Shown: positions 10,345-23,662, counted from the first letter of the stretch. The stretch: DNA of 64,000 bases from Eledone cirrhosa (GCA_964016885.1 OZ024764.1:15996001-16060000), one strand, 5' to 3'. Numbers and translations are program-made. The notes: a model not told the origin generated them from the sequence alone.

Positions 10345-13062
10345 TGTTGTACTGTTGTAGTTGTGGTGGTAGTAGTAGTAGTTGTGGTGGTAGTAGTAGT
10401 TGTGGTGGTAGTAGTAGTAGTAGTTGTGGTAGTAGTAGTAGTTGTGGTGGTAGTAGTAGTAGTTGTGGTAGTAGTAGTAGTAGTTGTGGTGGTAGTAGTT
10501 GTGGTGGTAGTAGTAGTAGTAGTTGTGGTGGTAGTAGTAGTAGTTGTGGTGGTAGTAGTAGTAGTTGTGGTAGTAGTAGTAGTAGTTGTGGTAGTAGTAG
10601 TTGTGGTGGTAGTAGTAGTAGTTGTGGTAGTAGTAGTTGTGGTGGTAGTAGTAGTAGTTGTGGTGGTAGTAGTAGTAGTTGTGGTAGTGGTAGTAGTAGT
10701 AGTAGTAGTAGTTGTGGTAGTAGTAGTTGTGGTAGTAGTAGTAGTGGTGGTAGTAGTAGTAGTTGTGGTGGTAGTAGTTGTGGTAGTAGTAGTAGTAGTA
10801 GTAGTAGTAGTTGTGGTAGTAGTAGTTGTGGTGGTAGTAGTAGTAGTTGTGGTGGTAGTAGTAGTAGTTGTGGTGGTAGTAGTAGTAGTTGTGGTAGTAG
10901 TAGTAGTAGTTGTGGTAGTAGTAGTAGTTGTGGTGGTAGTAGTAGTAGTAGTTGTGGTGGTAGTAGTAGTAGTTGTGGTGGTAGTAGTAGTAGTAGTTGT
11001 GGTAGTAGTAGTTGTGGTGGTAGTAGTAGTAGTAGTTGTGGTAGTAGTAGTTGTGGTGGTAGTAGTAGTAGTTGTGGTAGTAGTAGTAGTAGTAGTAGTA
11101 GTAGTTGTGGTAGTAGTAGTTGTGGTGGTAGTAGTAGTAGTAGTTGTGGTAGTAGTAGTTGTGGTGGTAGTAGTAGTAGTTGTGGTAGTAGTAGTAGTAG
11201 TAGTAGTAGTTGTGGTAGTAGTAGTTGTGGTGGTAGTAGTAGTAGTTGTGGTGGTAGTAGTAGTAGTTGTGGTGGTAGTAGTAGTAGTTGTGGTAGTAGT
11301 AGTAGTAGTTGTGGTAGTAGTAGTAGTTGTGGTGGTAGTAGTAGTAGTAGTTGTGGTGGTAGTAGTAGTAGTTGTGGTGGTAGTAGTAGTAGTAGTTGTG
11401 GTAGTAGTAGTTGTGGTGGTAGTAGTAGTAGTAGTTGTGGTAGTAGTAGTTGTGGTAGTAGTAGTAGTAGTAGTAGTAGTAGTTGTGGTAGTAGTAGTTG
11501 TGGTGGTAGTAGTAGTAGTTGTGGTGGTAGTAGTAGTAGTTGTGGTAGTGGTAGTAGTAGTAGTAGTAGTAGTTGTGGTAGTAGTAGTTGTGGTAGTGGT
11601 AGTAGTAGTAGTAGTAGTAGTTGTGGTAGTAGTAGTTGTGGTGGTAGTAGTAGTTGTGGTGGTAGTAGTAGTAGTTGTGGTGGTAGTAGTAGTAGTTGTG
11701 GTAGTAGTAGTAGTAGTTGTGGTGGTAGTAGTAGTAGTTGTGGTAGTAGTAGTTGTGGTGGTAGTAGTAGTAGTTGTGGTGGTAGTAGTAGTAGTTGTGG
11801 TAGTAGTAGTTGTGGTGGTAGTAGTAGTAGTTGTGGTAGTAGTAGTTGTGGTGGTAGTAGTAGTAGTTGTGGTGGTAGTAGTAGTAGTTGTGGTAGTAGT
11901 AGTTGTGGTGGTAGTAGTAGTAGTTGTGGTAGTAGTAGTTGTGGTGGTAGTAGTAGTAGTTGTGGTGGTAGTAGTAGTAGTAGTTGTGGTGGTAGTAGTA
12001 GTAGTTGTGGTGGTAGTAGTAGTAGTAGTTGTGGTAGTAGTAGTAGTTGTGGTGGTAGTAGTAGTAGTAGTTGTGGTGGTAGTAGTAGTAGTTGTGGTGG
12101 TAGTAGTAGTAGTAGTTGTGGTAGTAGTAGTTGTGGTGGTAGTAGTAGTAGTTGTGGTGGTAGTAGTAGTAGTAGTTGTGGTGGTAGTAGTAGTAGTTGT
12201 GGTGGTAGTAGTAGTAGTAGTTGTGGTAGTAGTAGTAGTTGTGGTGGTAGTAGTAGTAGTTGTGGTAGTAGTAGTTGTGGTGGTAGTAGTAGTAGTAGTT
12301 GTGGTGGTAGTAGTAGTAGTAGTTGTGGTAGTAGTAGTAGTTGTGGTGGTAGTAGTAGTAGTTGTGGTGGTAGTAGTAGTAGTAGTTGTGGTGGTAGTAG
12401 TAGTAGTAGTTGTGGTAGTAGTAGTAGTTGTGGTGGTAGTAGTAGTAGTTGTGGTAGTAGTAGTTGTGGTGGTAGTTGTGGTAGTAGTAGTTGTGGTGGT
12501 AGTAGTAGTAGTTGTGGTAGTAGTAGTAGTTGTGGTAGTAGTAGTAGTAGTTGTGGTAGTAGTAGTTGTGGTGGTAGTAGTAGTAGTTGTGGTGGTAGTA
12601 GTAGTAGTTGTGGTAGTAGTAGTTGTGGTGGTAGTAGTAGTAGTTGTGGTAGTAGTAGTTGTGGTGGTAGTAGTAGTAGTTGTGGTAGTAGTAGTTGTGG
12701 TGGTAGTAGTAGTAGTTGTGGTGGTAGTAGTAGTAGTTGTGGTGGTAGTAGTAGTAGTTGTGGTAGTGGTAGTAGTTGTGGTGGTAGTAGTAGTAGTTGT
12801 GGTAGTAGTAGTTGTGGTGGTAGTAGTTGTGGTGGTAGTAGTAGTAGTTGTGGTAGTAGTAGTTGTGGTGGTAGTAGTAGTAGTTGTGGTGGTAGTAGTA
12901 GTAGTTGTGGTGGTAGTAGTTGTGGTGGTAGTAGTAGTAGTTGTGGTAGTAGTAGTTGTGGTGGTAGTAGTAGTAGTTGTGGTGGTAGTAGTAGTAGTAG
13001 TTGTGGTGGTAGTAGTTGTGGTGGTAGTAGTAGTAGTTGTGGTGGTAGTAGTAGTAGTTGTG

Positions 13063-13094
<32 letters not shown>

Positions 13095-13395
13095 TGTGGT
13101 GGTAGTAGTTGTGGTGGTAGTAGTAGTAGTTGTGGTGGTAGTAGTAGTAGTTGTGGTGGTAGTAGTAGTAGTTGTGGTGGTAGTAGTAGTAGTTGTGGTG
13201 GTAGTAGTAGTAGTAGTTGTGGTGGTAGTAGTAGTAGTTGTGGTGATAGTAGTAGTAGTAGTTGTGGTGGTAGTAGTAGTAGTTGTGGTAGTAGTAGTAG
13301 TAGTTGTGGTAGTAGTAGTAGTAGTAGTAGTAGTTGTGGTAGTAGTAGTAGTAGTAGTAGTTGTGGTAGTAGTAGTTGTGGTAGTAGTAGTTGTG

Positions 13396-13433
<38 letters not shown>

Positions 13434-13598
13434 GGTGGTGGTAGTAATAGTAGTGATAGTAGTGGTGGTGGTGGTAGTGGTAGTAGCAGTAGTAGTAGTA
13501 GTAGCAGTAGTAATAATAGTGGTGGTGGTGGTGGTAGTAGTAGTAGTGGTGGTAGTAGTAGTGGTTATGGCGGTGGTGGTAGTAGTAGTGGTTATGGC

Positions 13599-13637
<39 letters not shown>

Positions 13638-13950
13638 AGTGGTGGTGGTGGTGGTCGCAGTAGTAGTAGTAGTAGTAGTAGTAGTAGCAGTAGTAATAGT
13701 AGTGATAGTAGTGGTGGTGGTGGTGGTAGTGGTAGTAGCAGTAGTAGTAGTAGTAGCAGTAGTAGTAGTAGTAGCAGTAGTAATAGTAGTGGTGGTGGTG
13801 GTAGTAGTAGTAGTAGTGGTTAGGGTGGTAGTAGTAGTAGTAGTAGTAGTGGGGGTAGTAGTGGGGGTAGTGGTAGTAGTGTTGATGATGGTAGTAGTGG
13901 TGGTGGTAGTAGTAGCAGTAGTAGTAGTAGCGGTAATGGTAGTAGTACTA
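10345..13950. repeat. 3.6-kb compound (GTA/GTG/GTT)n trinucleotide array
   Basis: Near-continuous GTN triplets with a higher-order TGT(GGT)1-2(AGT)2-5 pattern. Confidence 0.95.
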
Positions 13951-13959
13951 TCAATCTTT

Positions 13960-14940
13960 CATTAATATGTCATTAGAGTCCTATTAATATCCAATTAATC
14001 CTCCATTAATATGTCATTAGAGTCCCATTAATATCCAATTAATCCTCCATTAATATGTCATTAGAGTCTCATTAATATGTCATTAGAGTCCCATTAATAT
14101 CCAATTAATCCTCCATTAATATGTCATTAGAGTCTCATTAATATGTCATTAGAGTCCCATTAATATCCAATTAATCCTCCATTAATATGTCATTAGAGTC
14201 TCATTAATATGTCATTAGAGTCCCATTAATATCCAATTAATCCTCTATTAATATGTCATTAGAGTCCCATTAATATCCAATTAATCCTCCATTAATATGT
14301 CATTAGAGTCTCATTAATATGTCATTAGAGTCCCATTAATATCCAATTAATCCTCTATTAATATGTCATTAGAGTCCCATTAATATCCAATTAATCCTCC
14401 ATTAATATGTCATTAGAGTCTCATTAATATGTCATTAGAGTCCCATTAATATCCAATTAATCCTCTATTAATATGTCATTAGAGTCCCATTAATATCCAA
14501 TTAATCTTCCATTAATATGTCATTACTATCTCATTAATCTGCCATTAATCTTCCATTAATATGCCATTAGAGTCCCATTAATATCCGATTAATCCTCCAT
14601 TAATATGTCATTAAAGTCCCAGTAATATCCAATTAATCCTCCATTAATATGTCATTAGAGCGCCATTAATCTGCCATTAATATGTCATTAAAGTCCCATT
14701 AATATCCAATTAATCCTCCATTAATATGTCATTAGAGTCCCATTAATATCCAATTAATCCTCCATTAATATGTCATTAGAGTCCCATTAATATCCAATTA
14801 ATCCTCCATTAATATGTCATTAGAGTCCCATTAATATCCAATTAATCCTCCATTAATATGTCATTAGAGTCCCATTAATATCCAATTAATCCTCCATTAA
14901 TATGCCATTAGAGTGCCATTAATCTGCCATTAATCCACTA
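13960..14940. repeat. 44-bp minisatellite with 11-bp subperiod (CATTAAT-rich)
   Basis: Unit cattaatatgtcattagagtcccattaatatccaattaatcctc; runs up to the exon-8 acceptor. Confidence 0.92.
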
Positions 14941-14946
14941 TTCCAG

Positions 14947-15156
14947 ATGTGTGCTCTCTACCGAAAGAGACAGGAATATGCTCCTCCTACAGTCAGCAAT
15001 ATTACTTCAATGTCACTTCCAAGCAGTGTGAGCAGTTTGTCTATGGAGGTTGTGGTGGAAATGCTAACCGTTTCTCCTCTGCCAATAAATGTCAGCAAAT
15101 CTGTTCTGCCTTTATCAGGAAACCCACCACCACATTAGCCGCTCCTATGTCAAAAG
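14947..15156 (+). CDS. PAPLN: Kunitz exon 8 (P1=Ser)
   Basis: ttccag|ATGTGTGC ... AAAG|gtcagt; 210 nt; VCSLPKETGICSSY...FVYGGCGGNANRF. Confidence 0.88.
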
Positions 15157-15269
15157 GTCAGTCTCCAACACACTTCACCTCCGCATCTCTCTATCTTTCT
15201 ATATTTCATCTTCCTGTCACCCACCTTGTGGATTGTCGCTCTGCCTGTCACTCACTGGTTACACCTGTA

Positions 15270-15342
15270 AGCTCCCCCCTCTCTCTCTATATATATATAT
15301 ATATCTATGTCTCTCTATCTCCAGACAACGGTAAGCTCCCCC

Positions 15343-15374
<32 letters not shown>

Positions 15375-15605
15375 GTCTCTCCCTCTCTCTCTATATATAT
15401 ATATATATCTATGTCTCTCTATCTCCAGACAACGGTAAGCTCCCCCCTCTCTCTCTCTATATATATATATATCTATGTCTCTCTATCTCCAGACACCTGT
15501 AAGCTCCACCCCCTCTCTCTCTCTCTCTATATATATATATATGTCTCTCCCTCTCTCTCTCTCTATATATATATATGTCTCTCCCTCTCTCTCTCTATAT
15601 ATATA

Positions 15606-15654
<49 letters not shown>

Positions 15655-16584
15655 GTCTATGTCTATCTATATATATGTCTCCCTCTCTATATATACATAT
15701 GTCTATGATTATCTCCAGACATCTGTAAGCTACTCTCACTCTCTCTATATATATGTCTCTCTCTCTCACTCTCTCTCTCTCTATATATATATATATGTCT
15801 CTCCCTCTCTCTATATATACCTCTGTCTCTCTGTCTCCAGACATCTGTCAGCTACTCTCTCTCTCTATATATATATATATGTCTCTCCCTCTCTCTATAT
15901 ATACCTTTGTCTCTCTGTCTCCAGACATCTGTCAGCTACTCTCTCTCTCTATATATATATGTCTCTCCCTCTCTCTATATATACCTCTGTCTCTCTGTCT
16001 CCAGACATCTGTCAGCTACTCTCTCTCTCTCTCTATATATATATGTCTCTCCCTCTCTCTATATATACCTTTGTCTCTCTGTCTCCAGACATCTGTCAGC
16101 TACTCTCTCTCTCTCTATATATATATATATGTCTCTCCCTCTCTCTATATATACCTTTGTCTCTCTGTCTCCAGACATCTGTCAGCTACTCTCTCACTCT
16201 CTCTCTATATATATATATATGTCTCTCCCTCTCTCTATATATACCTCTGTCTCTCTCTCTCCAGACATCTGTAAGCTACTCTCTCACTCTTTCTCTCTCT
16301 ATATATATATATGTCTCTCTGTCTCCAGACATCTGTCAGCTACTCTCTCTCTCTCTCTATATATATATATATGTCTCTCCCTCTCTATATATACCTCTGT
16401 CTCTTTGTCTCCAGACATCTGTCAGCTACTCTCTCTCTATATATATATATATGTGTCTCCCTCTCTATATATACCTCTGTCTCTCTGTCTCCAGACATCT
16501 GTCAGATGCTCTCTCACTCTCTCTCTCTCTATATATATATATATATGTTTCTCTGTCTCCAGACATCTGTCAGCTACTCTCTCA

Positions 16585-16616
<32 letters not shown>

Positions 16617-16874
16617 GTCTCTCCCTCTCTCTATATATACCTTTGTCTCTCTGTCTCCAGACATCTGTCAGCTACTCTCTCTCTATATATATATATGTCT
16701 CTCTGTCTCCAGACATCTGTCAGCTACTCTCTCTCTCTATATATATATGTCTCTCCCTCTCTCTATATATACCTCTGTCTCTCTCTCTCCAGACATCTGT
16801 AAGCTACTCTCTCACTCTCTCTCTCTCTCTCTCTATATATATATGTCTCTCTGTCTCCAGACATCTGTCAGCTA

Positions 16875-16912
<38 letters not shown>

Positions 16913-17068
16913 GTCTCTCTGTCTCCAGACATCTGTCAGCTACTCTCTCACTCTCTCTCTCTCTCTATATATATATGTCTCTCTGTCTCCAGACATCTGT
17001 CAGCTACTCTCTCTCTCTATATATACCTCTGTCTCTCTGTCTCCAGACATCTGTCAGCTACTCTCTCA

Positions 17069-17100
<32 letters not shown>

Positions 17101-17654
17101 CTCTCTGTCTCCAGACATCTGTCAGCTACTCTCTCTATATATATATATATGTCTCTCCCTCTCTCTCTATATACCTCTGTCTCTCTCTCTCCAGACATCT
17201 GTAAGCTACTCTCTCACTCTCTCTCTCTCTATATATATATATATATGTCTCTCTGTCTCCAGACATCTGTCAGCTACTCTCTCACTCTCTCTCTCTCTCT
17301 ATATATATATGTCTCTCTGTCTCCAGACATCTGTCAGCTACTCTCTCTCTATATATATATGTCTCTCTGTCTCCAGACATCTGTCAGCTACTCTCTCTCT
17401 ATATATATATGTCTCTCTGTCTCCAGACATCTGTCAGCTACTCTCTCTATATATATATATGTCTCTCTGTCTCCAGACATCTGTCAGCTACTCTCTCTCT
17501 ATATATATATGTCTCTCTGTCTCCAGACATCTGTCAGCTACTCTCTCTCTATATATATATGTCTCTCTGTCTCCAGACATCTGTCAGCTACTCTCTCTCT
17601 ATATATATATGTCTCTCCCTCTCTCTCTATATATATATGTCTCTCTCTCTCCAG
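15270..17654 (+). repeat. CT/TA-rich minisatellite carrying about 30 copies of the exon-9 splice acceptor
   Basis: Recurrent tctctgtctccag-ACATCTGT(C/A)AGCT at 50-100 bp spacing. Confidence 0.92.
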
Positions 17655-17930
17655 ACATCTGTCAGCTGCCCAAGGAAGTAGGCAACTGTTATAGCTACAG
17701 TGAACAATACTACTTCAACTATCAACTGGGTCGCTGTGAGAGGTTCGTATACGGAGGATGTGGAGGCAATGACAACCGCTTCCTCACCTTCCTCGAATGT
17801 CGGGATAAATGTGAACCCATAGCAGTGCCACCTTCACGCTCCACCTTCCCTCCTTACACCTCCACCACCTCCACCTATCGACCAATGACAACCACAACAG
17901 ACAGAACTAAACCAACAACAGAGACATCTG
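17655..17930 (+). CDS. PAPLN: Kunitz exon 9 (P1=Tyr) plus Thr-rich linker
   Basis: ctccag|ACATCTGTCAGCTG ... TCTG|gtgagt; 276 nt; ICQLPKEVGNCYSY...FVYGGCGGNDNRF. Confidence 0.88.
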
Positions 17931-17959
17931 GTGAGTCTGGAGACTAATCTGGTTGAGTT

Positions 17960-19245
17960 TATACACAGTTATATACACAGTTATATACACAGTTATATAC
18001 ACAGTTATATACACAGTTATATACACAGTTATATACATCATTATATACACAGTTATATACACAGTTATATACACCATTATATACACCATTATATACATCA
18101 TTATATACACAGTTATATACAGCATTATATACACAGTTATATACACAGTTATATACACAGTTATATACATCATTATATACACAGTTATATACATCATTAT
18201 ATACACAGTTATATACACAGTTATATACACAGTTATATACACAGTTATATACACCATTATATACACAGTTATATACACAGTTATATACACAGTTATATAC
18301 ACAGTTATATACACAGTTATATACACAGTTATATACATCATTATATACATCATTATATACACAGTTATATACAGCATTATATACACAGTTATATACACAG
18401 TTATATACACAGTTATATACATCATTATATACACAGATATATACACAGTTATATACACCATTATATACACCATTATATACATCATTATATACACAGTTAT
18501 ATACAGCATTATATACACAGTTATATACACAGTTATATACATCATTATATACACAGTTATATACACAGTTATATACACCATTATATACACCATTATATAC
18601 ATCATTATATACACAGTTATATACAGCATTATATACACAGTTATATACACAGTTATATACATCATTATATACACAGTTATATACATCATTATATACACAG
18701 TTATATACACAGTTATATACACAGTTATATACACAGTTATATACACCATTATATACACAGTTATATACACAGTTATATACACAGTTATATACACAGTTAT
18801 ATACACAGTTATATACACCATTATATACATCATTATATACACAGTTATATACATCATTATATGCACAGTTATATACACAGTTATATACATCATTATATAT
18901 ACAGTTATATACACTATTATATACACACCATTATACACTATTATATATACAGTTATATACACTATTATATATACAGTTATATACACTATTATATACACAC
19001 CATTATATACACTCCATTATGTACACATTATTATACACTATTATATACACACCATTATATACACTCCATTATGTACACATTATTATACACTATTATATAC
19101 ACACCATTATATACACTCCATTATGTACACATTATTATACACTATTATATACACACCATTATATACACTCCATTATGTACACATTATTATACACTATTAT
19201 ATACACACCATTATATACACACCATTATATACACACCATTATATA
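17960..19245. repeat. 12-bp minisatellite (ATATACACAGTT and variants)
   Basis: Direct tandem periodicity. Confidence 0.92.
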
Positions 19246-19248
19246 TCT

Positions 19249-21440
19249 AAAGGAGCTCCCACAGGAGCACTGAGTGCAGTGTCAACTCTGGATGTCGGTG
19301 AGCATGTCCAGCTAACCTCAGTCTCCCCCTTCCAGTGTGTCCATGTAGGGGCTCCCACAGGAGCACTGAGTGCAGTGTCAACTCTGGATGTCGGTGAGCA
19401 TGTCCAGCTAACCTCAGTCTCCCTCTTCCAGTGTGTCCATGTAGGGGCTCCCACAGGAGCACTGAGTGCAGTGTCAACTCTGGATGTCGGTGAGCATGTC
19501 CAGCTAACCTCAGTCTCCCCCTTCCAATGTGTCCATGTAGGGGCTCCCACAGGAGCACTGAGTGCAGTGTCAACTCTGGATGTCGGTGAGCATGTCCAGC
19601 TAACCTCAGTCTCCCCCTTCCAGTGTGTCCATGTAGGGGCTCCCACAGGAGCACTGAGTGCAGTGTCAACTCTGGATGTCGGTGAGCATGTCCAGCTAAC
19701 CTCAGTCTCCCCCTTCCAGTGTGTCCATGTAGGGGCTCCCACAGGAGCACTGAGTGCAGTGTCAACTCTGGATGTCGGTGAGCATGTCCAGCTAACCTCA
19801 GTCTCCCTCTTCCAGTGTGTCCATGTAGGGGCTCCCACAGGAGCACTGAGTGCAGTGTCAACTCTGGATGTCGGTGAGCATGTCCAGCTAACCTCAGTCT
19901 CCCTCTTCCAGTGTGTCCATGTAGGGGCTCCCACAGGAGCACTGAGTGCAGTGTCAACTCTGGATGTCGGTGAGCATGTCCAGCTAACCTCAGTCTCCCT
20001 CTTCCAGTGTGTCCATGTAGGGGCTCCCACAGGAGCACTGAGTGCAGTGTCAACTCTGGATGTCGGTGAGCATGTCCAGCTAACCTCAGTCTCCCCCTTC
20101 CAGTGTGTCCATGTAGGGGCTCCCACAGGAGCACTGAGTGCAGTGTCAACTCTGGATGTCGGTGAGCATGTCCAGCTAACCTCAGTCTCCCCCTTCCAGT
20201 GTGTCCATGTAGGGGCTCCCACAGGAGCACTGAGTGCAGTGTCAACTCTGGATGTCGGTGAGCATGTGCAGCTAACCTCAGTCTCCCCCTTCCAATGTGT
20301 CCATGTAGGGGCTCCCACAGGAGCACTGAGTGCAGTGTCAACTCTGGATGTCGGTGAGCATGTCCAGCTAACCTCAGTCTCCCTCTTCCAGTGTGTCCAT
20401 GTAGGGGCTCCCACAGGAGCACTGAGTGCAGTGTCAACTCTGGATGTCGGTGAGCATGTCCAGCTAACCTCAGTCTCCCTCTTCCAATGTGTCCATGTAG
20501 GGGCTCCCACAGGAGCACTGAGTGCAGTGTCAACTCTGGATGTCGGTGACCATGTCCAGCTAACCTCAGTCTCCCCCTTCCACTGTGTCCATGTAGGGGC
20601 TCCCACAGGAGCACTGAGTGCAGTGTCAACTCTGGATGTCGGTGAGCATGTCCAGCTAACCTCAGTCTCCCTCTTCCAGTGTGTCCATGTAGGGGCTCCC
20701 ACAGGAGCACTGAGTGCAGTGTCAACTCTGGATGTCGGTGACCATGTCCAGCTAACCTCAGTCTCCCTCTTCCAGTGTGTCCATGTAGGGGCTCCCACAG
20801 GAGCACTGAGTGCAGTGTCAACTCTGGATGTTGGTGAGCATGTCCAGCTAACCTCAGTCTCCCTCTTCCAGTGTGTCCATGTAGGGGCTCCCACAGGAGC
20901 ACTGAGTGCAGTGTCAACTCTGGATGTCGGTGAGCATGTCCAGCTAACCTCAGTCTCCCTCTTCCAGTGTGTCCATGTAGGGGCTCCCACAGGAGCACTG
21001 AGTGCAGTGTCAACTCTGGATGTCGGTGACCACGTCCAGCTAACCTCAGTCTCCCCCTTCCAATGTGTCCATATAGGGGCTCCCACAGGAGCACTGAGTG
21101 CAGTGTCAACTCTGGATGTCGGTGATCATGTCCAACTAACCTCAGTCTCCCCCTTCCAATGTGTCCATGTAGGGGCTCCCACAGGAGCACTGAGTGCAGT
21201 GTCAACTCTGGATGTCGGTGAGCATGTCCAGCTAACCCCAGTCTCCTCCTTCCAGTGTGTCCGTGTAGGGGCTCCCACAGGAGCACTGAGTGCAGTGTCA
21301 ACTCTGGATGTCGGTGAGCATGTCCAGCTAACCTCAGTCTCCCTCTTCCAGTGTGTCAGTGTAGGGGCTCCCACAGGAGCACTGAGTGCAGTGTCAACTC
21401 TGGATGTCGGTGACCATGTCCAGTTAACCCCAGTCTCCTC
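19249..21440 (-). repeat. 96-bp minisatellite (about 23 units) derived from an RTE LINE coding segment
   Basis: Minus frame repeats HAHRHPELTLHSVLLWEPLHGHTGRGRLRLAG; contiguous with the RTE fragment at 21440-21660. Confidence 0.9.
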
Positions 21441-21660
21441 TGTGTCACTCTCGAGCTGACTTTTGGGAGGCTCCCGTACAGCTCTGAGTTCTTCATCCTC
21501 ATCCTCAGTGTATACTGATTAATGTTCAGAGCCATCCTCAGCATTCTCGTGTAGCACCCATCCACCATCTGAGTGAGTTTCTTGGTCAGTGTCCAAGTCT
21601 CAGACCCGTACAGCAGCACAGACCCCGCTGCAGCAATGAAGAGGCGGATCTTCAGGTCTT
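21440..21660 (-). mobile_element. RTE-clade LINE fragment
   Basis: LLYGSETWTLTKKLTQMVDGCYTRMLRMALNI; same family as 58020-58660. Confidence 0.8.
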
Positions 21661-21727
21661 ACTGGTGTATTTAGCAATAAATAACTGAACCATTATATAT
21701 ATATGTCCTTATTTGTGTATATTTCAG

Positions 21728-21898
21728 TGGTATGTCAACTGCAGAAGGTGGTGGGCCCATGTTCTTACAATGTCACAGCTTGGTACTATGATCAGAACCA
21801 AGGGGTCTGTAACAGGTTCTTGTACAGTGGCTGTGGAGGGAACAAGAACAATTTCAAGACGCGGGAAGAATGTAGCAACGTCTGCCGTCCTGAGAAAG
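21728..21898 (+). CDS. PAPLN: Kunitz exon 10 (P1=Ser)
   Basis: tttcag|TGGTATGT ... AAAG|gtgagt; 171 nt; CQLQKVVGPCSY...FLYSGCGGNKNNF. Confidence 0.9.
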
Positions 21899-21899
21899 G

Positions 21900-22385
21900 T
21901 GAGTGGTGGTGGTGTGGTGGTGGTGGTGTGTAGAGGTGGTGGTGTGTAATGGTGTAGTGGTGGTGGTGTGTAGAGGTGGTGGTGGTGTGTAGAGGTGGTG
22001 GTGGTGTGTAGAGGTGGTGGTGTGGTGGTGGTGGTGGTGGTGTGTAGTGGTGGTGATGGTGGTGGTGTGTAGTGGTGGTGGTGGTGGTGGTGTGTAGTGG
22101 TGGTGGTGGTAGTGGTGTGGGGGGGTAGAAGTGGTGGTGTGTAGTGGTGCTGGTGGTGGTGGTGGTGGTGGTGATGGTGGTGTGTAGAGGTGGTGGTGTG
22201 TAGAGGTGGTGATGGTGGTGGTGGTGTGTAGTGGTGGTGTGTAGAGGTGGTGGTGTGTAGTGGTGGTGATGGTGGTGTGGTGGTGTGTAGAGGTGGTGGT
22301 GTGTAGTGGTGGTGTCTAATGGTGGCGGTGATGGTTGTAGTAGTAGTGGTGGTGGTTGTTGTTGTTGTTGTTGTTGTTGTTGCTG
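21900..22385. repeat. (GGT)n-rich low-complexity repeat
   Basis: Direct inspection. Confidence 0.85.
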
Positions 22386-22420
22386 TAGTAATCACTGTAG
22401 TTGCTGTGTCTTCCCACCAG

Positions 22421-22588
22421 ATCTGTGTGACCTCCCCCGCAGCACCGGCCTCTGCAGTGACATCAGTATTCGCTGGCATTACTCCAAGGTAGCCTCCAGG
22501 TGTGTAAAGTTCACCTATACAGGATGTGGAGGCAACGCCAACAACTTTGAGACCCAGGATGAATGCCACAACATCTGCGACCCCCAAC
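22421..22588 (+). CDS. PAPLN: Kunitz exon 11 (P1=Ser)
   Basis: caccag|ATCTGTGT ... CAAC|gtatga; 168 nt; LCDLPRSTGLCSD...FTYTGCGGNANNF. Confidence 0.88.
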
Positions 22589-22719
22589 GTATGACAACCT
22601 TTTCCTCACTTTTATATCGTTTGCACGTCATTTTAAATACATTTCCCTGTTTCTTTCGTGTTTCAGATGTTTATGGCGCCTCATCTGCTAATTCCACTTC
22701 GTGCAGGATGCGTCTTCGC

Positions 22720-22725
22720 CATCAT

Positions 22726-22767
<42 letters not shown>

Positions 22768-23210
22768 TATCAACATTATCACTTGTCATCATCATCGTCA
22801 TCATCATCACCACCACCACCACCACCACCATCATCACCATCACCATCACCACCACCATCATCACCACCATCATCACCATCATCACCACCATCATCACCAT
22901 CACCACCATCATCACCATCATCACCACCATCATCACCATCACCATCACCATCACCATCACCATCATCACCATCATCATCACCATCACCATCATCACCACC
23001 ATCATCACCATCACCATCATCACCATCACCATCACCATCATCACCATCACCATCATCACCACCATCATCACCATCACCACCATCACCACCATCACCATCA
23101 CCACCACCATCATCACCACCACCATCACCATCACCATCACCACCATCACCACCATCATCACCATCACCATCACCATCACCATCACCATCACCATCATCAC
23201 CATCATCATC
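22720..23210. repeat. (CAT/CAG/CAC)n trinucleotide repeat
   Basis: Direct inspection. Confidence 0.9.
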
Positions 23211-23378
23211 AATATTAACTTTTCTTTTCCTCTTTCCAGGGTCGCTATATTTAAAGTAGCAGCCATGTACTGGGGTTGATCTAATCAACTTCGTCTTTTC
23301 CTTTCCCTTACCTGACCTGACAATTTGCTGGCCCCTAACCCCTGAATTAGAAACCCCTATTTGTGTCTTCTATTTCAG

Positions 23379-23561
23379 CGGCATCTGCGAATGATGTGTG
23401 CCACATTGCAATGGACAAGGGCCCATGTAGAAGTGCCCTACCATCTTGGTATTACGACATGGCGGAGGGCAGATGCAAGGAATTCAGTTATGGAGGTTGT
23501 GACGGAAATAAAAACAGATTTCAGACTAAATATCTCTGTGAGAAGACTTGTGACAAAGAAG
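23379..23561 (+). CDS. PAPLN: Kunitz exon 12 (P1=Arg)
   Basis: tttcag|CGGCATCT ... GAAG|gtgggt; 183 nt; VCHIAMDKGPCRS...FSYGGCDGNKNRF. Confidence 0.88.
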
Positions 23562-23577
23562 GTGGGTTGCTCGTGTC

Positions 23578-23662
<85 letters not shown>

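Noticed and set aside
10207-13965. 1252-aa poly-Val ORF
   Set aside because: Translation of a GTN triplet array; no coding signal.
15575-17654. Upstream part of the 790-aa ORF
   Set aside because: Intronic CT/TA repeat; only 17655-17930 is Kunitz-coding.
17907-21459. Long ORFs on both strands (1168, 684, 615, 439 and 363 aa)
   Set aside because: Products of 12-bp and 96-bp tandem repeats whose units are multiples of three.
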